A DNA stretch of 64,000 bases from Auanema rhodensis. Taxonomy: Eukaryota > Animalia > Nematoda. The stretch spans positions 15,066,001 to 15,130,000 of the forward strand of contig OZ059896.1 of assembly GCA_964057225.1 (NCBI GenBank), in the 5' to 3' direction. A program made the translations under genes and the position numbers. The notes under the pieces are model-generated. The model made no database searches, had not been told where the DNA came from, and saw only the letters and a list, made by a program, of their open reading frames with translations. How positions within the stretch are numbered: position 1 is the first letter of the stretch; every line of letters starts with the position of its first letter. Of the stretch, positions 53,839 to 64,000 are shown in pieces.

Positions 53839-53857
53839 AATCTCGGTGGAACCTCCA
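53839..53857 (-). promoter_or_regulatory. Primer-binding site, tRNA-Gln (19 nt)
   Basis: Minus-strand TGGAGGTTCCACCGAGATT, complementary to AATCTCGGTGGAACCT-CCA. Confidence 0.9.
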
Positions 53858-54196
53858 CGTTCCATATTGGTTCCTAGGGTTCCGGCTAGGTAACCATATG
53901 GACTTTAATAGTGTGAATGCCATTGTAAAAGTAACAGAGAGTAGAGAAAAAGAAGTTTATTCAGAATATGGAAATACAATTATAAAAGCAAAATACAATA
54001 ATCAAATAAATGAAACTACATGTTATGAGAAAGCCAACCTAGTTGCTTTCTCAGGGGTTTATATAGCAAAATATTAATTACAAATATAATTGAATTTATA
54101 CAAAAAGTAGTTCAGGTCTAGTTTCTTATTGAATTCTATTAACCAAAAGTCGGTTGACGTTGTCAACCGCCTTCTTTATAAGACACGTATGGAACA
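53858..54196 (-). repeat. 5' LTR of element 3 (339 bp; TGTTCCATA...TATGGAACG)
   Basis: Direct repeat of 44012-44333; 8/9-bp terminal inverted repeat. Confidence 0.95.
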
Positions 54197-57100
54197 GTTA
54201 TTGTCAATAACTGCTATAATCAATATTTTAAATGGAAGAAAAAGAAAAGAAACTCCGTCGAGCCGGATTCGAACCAGCGACCTAAGGATATCTACACTTC
54301 TACAGTCCTCCGCTCTACCAACTGAGCTATCGACGGAACGAATCTGTTGTTTTCAGAGGTTATTGTCAAGAACTGCTATAATCAATATTTTAAATGGAAG
54401 AAAAAGAAAAGAAACTCCGTCGAGCCGGATTCGAACCAGCGACCTAAGGATATCTACACTTCTACAGTCCTCCGCTCTACCAACTGAGCTATCGACGGAA
54501 CGAATCTGTTGTTTTCAGAGGTTATTGTCAATAACTGCTATAATCAATATTTTAAATGGAAGAAAAAGAAAAGAAACTCCGTCGAGCCGGATTCGAACCA
54601 GCGACCTAAGGATATCTACACTTCTACAGTCCTCCGCTCTACCAACTGAGCTATCGACGGAACGAATCTGTTGTTTTCAGAGGTTATTGTCAATAACTGC
54701 TATAATCAATATTTTAAATGGAAGAAAAAGAAAAGAAACTCCGTCGAGCCGGATTCGAACCAGCGACCTAAGGATATCTACACTTCTACAGTCCTCCGCT
54801 CTACCAACTGAGCTATCGACGGAACGAATCTGTTGTTTTCAGAGGTTATTGTCAATAACTGCTATAATCAATATTTTAAATGGAAGAAAAAGAAAAGAAA
54901 CTCCGTCGAGCCGGATTCGAACCAGCGACCTAAGGATATCTACACTTCTACAGTCCTCCGCTCTACCAACTGAGCTATCGACGGAACGAATCTGTTGTTT
55001 TCAGAGGTTATTGTCAAGAACTGCTATAATCAATATTTTAAATGGAAGAAAAAGAAAAGAAACTCCGTCGAGCCGGATTCGAACCAGCGACCTAAGGATA
55101 TCTACACTTCTACAGTCCTCCGCTCTACCAACTGAGCTATCGACGGAACGAATCTGTTGTTTTCAGAGGTTATTGTCAATAACTGCTATAATCAATATTT
55201 TAAATGGAAGAAAAAGAAAAGAAACTCCGTCGAGCCGGATTCGAACCAGCGACCTAAGGATATCTACACTTCTACAGTCCTCCGCTCTACCAACTGAGCT
55301 ATCGACGGAACGAATCTGTTGTTTTCAGAGGTTATTGTCAATAACTGCTATAATCAATATTTTAAATGGAAGAAAAAGAAAAGAAACTCCGTCGAGCCGG
55401 ATTCGAACCAGCGACCTAAGGATATCTACACTTCTACAGTCCTCCGCTCTACCAACTGAGCTATCGACGGAACGAATCTGTTGTTTTCAGAGGTTATTGT
55501 CAATAACTGCTATAATCAATATTTTAAATGGAAGAAAAAGAAAAGAAACTCCGTCGAGCCGGATTCGAACCAGCGACCTAAGGATATCTACACTTCTACA
55601 GTCCTCCGCTCTACCAACTGAGCTATCGACGGAACGAATCTGTTGTTTTCAGAGGTTATTGTCAATAACTGCTATAATCAATATTTTAAATGGAAGAAAA
55701 AGAAAAGAAACTCCGTCGAGCCGGATTCGAACCAGCGACCTAAGGATATCTACACTTCTACAGTCCTCCGCTCTACCAACTGAGCTATCGACGGAACGAA
55801 TCTGTTGTTTTCAGAGGTTATTGTCAATAACTGCTATAATCAATATTTTAAATGGAAGAAAAAGAAAAGAAACTCCGTCGAGACGGATTGGAATCAGCGA
55901 CCTAAGGATATCTATACTTCTACAGTCCTCCGCTCTACCAACTGAGCTATCGACGGAACGAATCTGTTGTTTTCAGAGGTTATTGTCAATAACTGCTATA
56001 ATCAATATTTTAAATGGAAGAAAAAGAAAAGAAACTCCGTCGAGACGGATTGGAATCAGCGACCTAAGGATATCTATACTTCTACAGTCCTCCGCTCTAC
56101 CAACTGAGCTATCGACGGAACGAATCTGTTGTTTTCAGAGGTTATTGTCAATAACTGCTATAATCAATATTTTAAATGGAAGAAAAAGAAAAGAAACTCC
56201 GTCGAGCCGGATTCGAACCAGCGACCTAAGGATATCTACACTTCTACAGTCCTCCGCTCTACCAACTGAGCTATCGACGGAACGAATCTGTTGTTTTCAG
56301 AGGTTATTGTCAATAACTGCTATAATCAATATTTTAAATGGAAGAAAAAGAAAAGAAACTCCGTCGAGACGGATTGGAATCAGCGACCTAAGGATATCTA
56401 TACTTCTACAGTCCTCCGCTCTACCAACTGAGCTATCGACGGAACGAATCTGTTGTTTTCAGAGGTTATTGTCAATAACTGCTATAATCAATATTTTAAA
56501 TGGAAGAAAAAGAAAAGAAACTCCGTCGAGCCGGATTCGAACCAGCGACCTAAGGATATCTACACTTCTACAGTCCTCCGCTCTACCAACTGAGCTATCG
56601 ACGGAACGAATCTGTTGTTTTCAGAGGTTATTGTCAATAACTGCTATAATCAATATTTTAAATGGAAGAAAAAGAAAAGAAACTCCGTCGAGACGGATTG
56701 GAATCAGCGACCTAAGGATATCTATACTTCTACAGTCCTCCGCTCTACCAACTGAGCTATCGACGGAACGAATCTGTTGTTTTCAGAGGTTATTGTCAAT
56801 AACTGCTATAATCAATATTTTAAATGGAAGAAAAAGAAAAGAAACTCCGTCGAGCCGGATTCGAACCAGCGACCTAAGGATATCTACACTTCTACAGTCC
56901 TCCGCTCTACCAACTGAGCTATCGACGGAACGAATCTGTTGTTTTCAGAGGTTATTGTCAATAACTGCTATAATCAATATTTTAAATGGAAGAAAAAGAA
57001 AAGAAACTCCGTCGAGCCGGATTCGAACCAGCGACCTAAGGATATCTACACTTCTACAGTCCTCCGCTCTACCAACTGAGCTATCGACGGAACGAATCTG

Positions 57101-60100
57101 TTGTTTTCAGAGGTTATTGTCAATAACTGCTATAATCCATATTTTAAATGGAAGAAAAAGAAAAGAAACTCCGTCGAGCCGGATTCGAACCAGCGACCTA
57201 AGGATATCTACACTTCTACAGTCCTCCGCTCTACCAACTGAGCTATCGACGGAACGAATCTGTTGTTTTCAGAGGTTATTGTCAAGAACTGCTATAATCA
57301 ATATTTTAAATGGAAGAAAAAGAAAAGAAACTCCGTCGAGACGGATTGGAATCAGCGACCTAAGGATATCTATACTTCTACAGTCCTCCGCTCTACCAAC
57401 TGAGCTATCGACGGAACGAATCTGTTGTTTTCAGAGGTTATTGTCAATAACTGCTATAATCAATATTTTAAATGGAAGAAAAAGAAAAGAAACTCCGTCG
57501 AGCCGGATTCGAACCAGCGACCTAAGGATATCTACACTTCTACAGTCCTCCGCTCTACCAACTGAGCTATCGACGGAACGAATCTGTTGTTTTCAGAGGT
57601 TATTGTCAATAACTGCTATAATCAATATTTTAAATGGAAGAAAAAGAAAAGAAACTCCGTCGAGACGGATTGGAATCAGCGACCTAAGGATATCCATACT
57701 TCTACAGTCCTCCGCTCTACCAACTGAGCTATCGACGGAACGAATCTGTTGTTTTCAGAGGTTATTGTCAATAACTGCTATAATCAATATTTTAAATGGA
57801 AGAAAAAGAAAAGAAACTCCGTCGAGCCGGATTCGAACCAGCGACCTAAGGATATCTACACTTCTACAGTCCTCCGCTCTACCAACTGAGCTATCGACGG
57901 AACGAATCTGTTGTTTTCAGAGGTTATTGTCAATAACTGCTATAATCAATATTTTAAATGGAAGAAAAAGAAAAGAAACTCCGTCGAGCCGGATTCGAAC
58001 CAGCGACCTAAGGATATCTACACTTCTACAGTCCTCCGCTCTACCAACTGAGCTATCGACGGAACGAATCTGTTGTTTTCAGAGGTTATTGTCAATAACT
58101 GCTATAATCAATATTTTAAATGGAAGAAAAAGAAAAGAAACTCCGTCGAGCCGGATTCGAACCAGCGACCTAAGGATATCTACACTTCTACAGTCCTCCG
58201 CTCTACCAACTGAGCTATCGACGGAACGAATCTGTTGTTTTCAGAGGTTATTGTCAATAACTGCTATAATCAATATTTTAAATGGAAGAAAAAGAAAAGA
58301 AACTCCGTCGAGCCGGATTCGAACCAGCGACCTAAGGATATCTACACTTCTACAGTCCTCCGCTCTACCAACTGAGCTATCGACGGAACGAATCTGTTGT
58401 TTTCAGAGGTTATTGTCAATAACTGCTATAATCAATATTTTAAATGGAAGAAAAAGAAAAGAAACTCCGTCGAGCCGGATTCGAACCAGCGACCTAAGGA
58501 TATCTACACTTCTACAGTCCTCCGCTCTACCAACTGAGCTATCGACGGAACGAATCTGTTGTTTTCAGAGGTTATTGTCAATAACTGCTATAATCAATAT
58601 TTTAAATGGAAGAAAAAGAAAAGAAACTCCGTCGAGCCGGATTCGAACCAGCGACCTAAGGATATCTACACTTCTACAGTCCTCCGCTCTACCAACTGAG
58701 CTATCGACGGAACGAATCTGTTGTTTTCAGAGGTTATTGTCAATAACTGCTATAATCAATATTTTAAATGGAAGAAAAAGAAAAGAAACTCCGTCGAGCC
58801 GGATTCGAACCAGCGACCTAAGGATATCTACACTTCTACAGTCCTCCGCTCTACCAACTGAGCTATCGACGGAACGAATCTGTTGTTTTCAGAGGTTATT
58901 GTCAATAACTGCTATAATCAATATTTTAAATGGAAGAAAAAGAAAAGAAACTCCGTCGAGCCGGATTCGAACCAGCGACCTAAGGATATCTACACTTCTA
59001 CAGTCCTCCGCTCTACCAACTGAGCTATCGACGGAACGAATCTGTTGTTTTCAGAGGTTATTGTCAATAACTGCTATAATCAATATTTTAAATGGAAGAA
59101 AAAGAAAAGAAACTCCGTCGAGACGGATTGGAATCAGCGACCTAAGGATATCTATACTTCTACAGTCCTCCGCTCTACCAACTGAGCTATCGACGGAACG
59201 AATCTGTTGTTTTCAGAGGTTATTGTCAATAACTGCTATAATCAATATTTTAAATGGAAGAAAAAGAAAAGAAACTCCGTCGAGACGGATTGGAATCAGC
59301 GACCTAAGGATATCTATACTTCTACAGTCCTCCGCTCTACCAACTGAGCTATCGACGGAACGAATCTGTTGTTTTCAGAGGTTATTGTCAATAACTGCTA
59401 TAATCAATATTTTAAATGGAAGAAAAAGAAAAGAAACTCCGTCGAGCCGGATTCGAACCAGCGACCTAAGGATATCTACACTTCTACAGTCCTCCGCTCT
59501 ACCAACTGAGCTATCGACGGAACGAATCTGTTGTTTTCAGAGGTTATTGTCAATAACTGCTATAATCAATATTTTAAATGGAAGAAAAAGAAAAGAAACT
59601 CCGTCGAGACGGATTGGAATCAGCGACCTAAGGATATCTATACTTCTACAGTCCTCCGCTCTACCAACTGAGCTATCGACGGAACGAATCTGTTGTTTTC
59701 AGAGGTTATTGTCAATAACTGCTATAATCAATATTTTAAATGGAAGAAAAAGAAAAGAAACTCCGTCGAGCCGGATTCGAACCAGCGACCTAAGGATATC
59801 TACACTTCTACAGTCCTCCGCTCTACCAACTGAGCTATCGACGGAACGAATCTGTTGTTTTCAGAGGTTATTGTCAATAACTGCTATAATCAATATTTTA
59901 AATGGAAGAAAAAGAAAAGAAACTCCGTCGAGACGGATTGGAATCAGCGACCTAAGGATATCTATACTTCTACAGTCCTCCGCTCTACCAACTGAGCTAT
60001 CGACGGAACGAATCTGTTGTTTTCAGAGGTTATTGTCAATAACTGCTATAATCAATATTTTAAATGGAAGAAAAAGAAAAGAAACTCCGTCGAGCCGGAT

Positions 60101-62802
60101 TCGAACCAGCGACCTAAGGATATCTACACTTCTACAGTCCTCCGCTCTACCAACTGAGCTATCGACGGAACGAATCTGTTGTTTTCAGAGGTTATTGTCA
60201 ATAACTGCTATAATCAATATTTTAAATGGAAGAAAAAGAAAAGAAACTCCGTCGAGCCGGATTCGAACCAGCGACCTAAGGATATCTACACTTCTACAGT
60301 CCTCCGCTCTACCAACTGAGCTATCGACGGAACGAATCTGTTGTTTTCAGAGGTTATTGTCAATAACTGCTATAATCCATATTTTAAATGGAAGAAAAAG
60401 AAAAGAAACTCCGTCGAGCCGGATTCGAACCAGCGACCTAAGGATATCTACACTTCTACAGTCCTCCGCTCTACCAACTGAGCTATCGACGGAACGAATC
60501 TGTTGTTTTCAGAGGTTATTGTCAAGAACTGCTATAATCAATATTTTAAATGGAAGAAAAAGAAAAGAAACTCCGTCGAGACGGATTGGAATCAGCGACC
60601 TAAGGATATCTATACTTCTACAGTCCTCCGCTCTACCAACTGAGCTATCGACGGAACGAATCTGTTGTTTTCAGAGGTTATTGTCAATAACTGCTATAAT
60701 CAATATTTTAAATGGAAGAAAAAGAAAAGAAACTCCGTCGAGCCGGATTCGAACCAGCGACCTAAGGATATCTACACTTCTACAGTCCTCCGCTCTACCA
60801 ACTGAGCTATCGACGGAACGAATCTGTTGTTTTCAGAGGTTATTGTCAATAACTGCTATAATCAATATTTTAAATGGAAGAAAAAGAAAAGAAACTCCGT
60901 CGAGACGGATTGGAATCAGCGACCTAAGGATATCCATACTTCTACAGTCCTCCGCTCTACCAACTGAGCTATCGACGGAACGAATCTGTTGTTTTCAGAG
61001 GTTATTGTCAATAACTGCTATAATCAATATTTTAAATGGAAGAAAAAGAAAAGAAACTCCGTCGAGCCGGATTCGAACCAGCGACCTAAGGATATCTACA
61101 CTTCTACAGTCCTCCGCTCTACCAACTGAGCTATCGACGGAACGAATCTGTTGTTTTCAGAGGTTATTGTCAATAACTGCTATAATCAATATTTTAAATG
61201 GAAGAAAAAGAAAAGAAACTCCGTCGAGCCGGATTCGAACCAGCGACCTAAGGATATCTACACTTCTACAGTCCTCCGCTCTACCAACTGAGCTATCGAC
61301 GGAACGAATCTGTTGTTTTCAGAGGTTATTGTCAATAACTGCTATAATCCATATTTTAAATGGAAGAAAAAGAAAAGAAACTCCGTCGAGCCGGATTCGA
61401 ACCAGCGACCTAAGGATATCTACACTTCTACAGTCCTCCGCTCTACCAACTGAGCTATCGACGGAACGAATCTGTTGTTTTCAGAGGTTATTGTCAAGAA
61501 CTGCTATAATCAATATTTTAAATGGAAGAAAAAGAAAAGAAACTCCGTCGAGCCGGATTCGAACCAGCGACCTAAGGATATCTACACTTCTACAGTCCTC
61601 CGCTCTACCAACTGAGCTATCGACGGAACGAATCTGTTGTTTTCAGAGGTTATTGTCAATAACTGATATCTACACTTCTACAATCCTCCGCTCTACCAAC
61701 TGAGCTATCGACGGAACGAATCTGTTGTTTTCAGAGGTTATTGTCAATAACTGCTATAATCCATATTTTAAATGGAAGAAAAAGAAAAGAAACTCCGTCG
61801 AGCCGGATTCGAACCAGCGACCTAAGGATATCTACACTTCTACAGTCCTCCGCTCTACCAACTGAGCTATCGACGGAACGAATCTGTTGTTTTCAGAGGT
61901 TATTGTCAAGAACTGCTATAATCAATATTTTAAATGGAAGAAAAAGAAAAGAAACTCCGTCGAGCCGGATTCGAACCAGCGACCTAAGGATATCTACACT
62001 TCTACAGTCCTCCGCTCTACCAACTGAGCTATCGACGGAACGAATCTGTTGTTTTCAGAGGTTATTGTCAATAACTGATATCTACACTTCTACAATCCTC
62101 CGCTCTACCAACTGAGCTATCGACGGAACGAAGCTGTTGTTTTCAGAGGTTATTGTCAATAACTGCTATAATCAATATTTTAAATGGAACAAAAAGAAAA
62201 GAAACTCCGTCGAGCCGGATTCGAACCAGCGACCTAAGGATATCTACACTTCTACAGTCCTCCGCTCTACCAACTGAGCTATCGACGGAACGAATCTGTT
62301 GTTTTCAGAGGTTATTGTCAATAACTGCTATAATCCATATTTTAAATGGAACAAAAAGAAAAGAAACTCCGTCGAGCCGGATTCGAACCAGCGACCTAAG
62401 GATATCTACACTTCTACAGTCTTCCGCTCTACCAACTGAGCTATCGACGGAACGAATCTGTTGTTTTCAGAGGTTATTGTCAATAACTGCTATAATCAAT
62501 ATTTTAAATGGAAGAAAAAGAAAAGAAACTCCGTCGAGCCGGATTCGAACCAGCGACCTAAGGATATCTACACTTCTACAGTCCTCCGCTCTACCAACTG
62601 AGCTATCGACGGAACGAATCTGTTGTTTTCAGAGGTTATTGTCAATAACTGATATCTACACTTCTACAATCCTCCGCTCTACCAACTGAGCTATCGACGG
62701 AACGAAGCTGTTGTTTTCAGAGGTTATTGTCAATAACTGCTATAATCAATATTTTAAACGGAAGAAAAAGAAAAGAAACTCCGTCGAGCCGGATTCGAAC
62801 CA
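54197..62802 (-). tRNA. tRNA-Tyr(GTA) tandem array, block C (~53 units); last unit broken in the T-arm at 62802
   Basis: Same 162-bp unit, with interspersed B-box-mutant and deleted units. Confidence 0.95.
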
Positions 62803-63108
62803 CAGACCCAAACAAGATAGCGATTTATAAAACTTGAATTTCTAGCATGAACGATTTTGGAAGCTGCGGAAGAAAATGACCAACCTGTTGAATTTAGTTC
62901 ACTTGATCATAATAGTCGCATGTTATGATTGTAATTGTTTTGTATACAACTAGTAATAGAAAATCTATTTATAAACAATTAATTATTATTCATCATGATG
63001 TGAATTAAGAACACTAGGTTTCTAATAGAATCACAAGGAAATATTCAAGAATACAACTGAAACAGCCTGATTGTGTTTTAGCAGTTAAGATTAATATTAT
63101 ATTATACA

Positions 63109-64000
63109 TTAAAGAGCTGTCCGCATGCCAGCGTGGGGCAGTCCGATTTCGACATAGAATTCGTCCATTATAGAGGTGTAGATTTTCTGAATATATCGAT
63201 GAATACGGTACCGCTCAGACTCAGATACCTCATTGATTTTAGCCAAATACGCCGCAAGACCTTCAATATAGTATATTCTGTGTATGATCTTCATTAGTTG
63301 AAGTGTAGGAAAGTGTATGAAATGTTCATAAGTATTTTTCAAACTGAAGTCTCTTGTAGAATTAGGAATAATCTTTAAGAATGTTAAACGATCGGAAATA
63401 GAACCCATAGATCGAAACTAACCGTGTTTGGTACTTTCATGGGAGTAACATAATGAGTAAAATCACTTAAGCAATATTCAGAAATTAAATATAATACGTG
63501 AACGAGCTTACATTGTAACTGTGTCTGTATCATCGAAATTCAAGTAACTTACAGTGAAATATTCATTCGTGAGTGCTAAGATATCTTGAGTGAATTCGTG
63601 AAGATTATTCTCCAGCTCAGTTACACTACTCGAGGATCGAGAAATGTGAATGATTTGTTTTGTGATCAATATTTTCACATCTAGTAGGATATGCATACGT
63701 TTGTCAAGGATTTCAACAAGGTTTTCAGTAAAACGTTTCATATACTGAAAATATTATCAGATATTACTCAAATTTCAAAGCTTACATTTTCAATATATTT
63801 ACCACCATTAAATGCTTGACCGGTAGTAGGATCACTTTCTAAATCTCAAAATAAATATTTTGTAAGCTAAAAAATATAAAATTACCTGAACATAATATTG
63901 TTTTATCTAGAGTGACAACTGGAAGGACTTCGCTAAAACATGTGTTACAGTCCATACCTTGCCCATCTACGAATAAAATACGCTAGATAGGTGGAAAGAC
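63109..64000 (-). CDS. Probable 3' part of a spliced gene of unknown function (host or element-borne)
   Basis: Two minus-strand ORF segments (63508-63741, 63109-63408) with nearby GTAAG/TTTTCAG splice signals; exon structure not resolved. Confidence 0.35.

Larger units (their letters stand above)
44012..54196 (-). mobile_element. LTR element 3: Ty3/gypsy gag-env-pol element with internal in-frame deletion, inserted 23-26 bp upstream of a tRNA-Tyr gene
   Basis: LTRs 44012-44333 and 53858-54196, TSD GTTA (44008-44011 and 54197-54200), PBS, minus-strand polyprotein. Confidence 0.96.

Noticed and set aside
53790-54077. 95-aa ORF across the element 3 PBS/LTR and ORFs in LTR leaders (e.g. 26819-27121, 27951-28307, 12128-12391)
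   Set aside because: Cross functional non-coding boundaries, low complexity, not conserved among the three elements.
54129-61703. Giant repetitive ORFs (2524 aa here; also 1636 aa at 38740-43650, 725 aa at 24605-26782 and many 70-180 aa ORFs)
   Set aside because: Antisense translation of the 162-bp (54-codon) tRNA-Tyr unit, which happens to lack a stop in one frame; starts are TTG; conservation is explained by the tRNA.
21339-62802. CRISPR-like regular repeat array
   Set aside because: Spacers are identical rather than unique, the repeat is a eukaryotic tRNA gene, and there are no cas genes.

Overview
AT-rich animal genomic DNA, most likely nematode (40-47 bp introns with TTTCAG/TTTAG acceptors; tRNA-Tyr starting CCGTCGA). 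The backbone is a minus-strand tandem array of roughly 110 intron-containing tRNA-Tyr(GTA) units of 162 bp, repeatedly invaded by mobile elements. (1) 1-10389: the right ~10 kb of a Maverick/Polinton (spliced pPolB, major and minor capsid, adenain protease, packaging ATPase, chromodomain integrase, and a spliced D-box/zinc-binding accessory gene) whose terminus lies inside a tRNA-Tyr gene. (2) A 5'-truncated CR1-like LINE in an array spacer. (3) Three different, very recent Ty3/gypsy LTR elements (10893-21021 +, nested in the LINE; 26614-38695 +, inside a tRNA D-loop; 44012-54196 -, in a spacer). The main discovery candidate is their architecture: a herpes gB-like class III fusion glycoprotein sits BETWEEN Gag and Pol in one polyprotein (Gag - internal signal peptide - Env ectodomain with furin site - TM - tail with PTAP/PPxY motif - PR-RT-RH-IN), a flavivirus-like membrane-threaded layout. 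All three share a tRNA-Gln PBS, 4-bp TSDs and non-canonical LTR 3' ends (AACG rather than CA). A ~105-nt motif is shared between the LINE 3' UTR and the 3' UTR of the LTR element inserted into that very motif. The giant repetitive + strand ORFs are artefacts of the antisense tRNA array. All family assignments come from motif recognition by eye; no searches were run.
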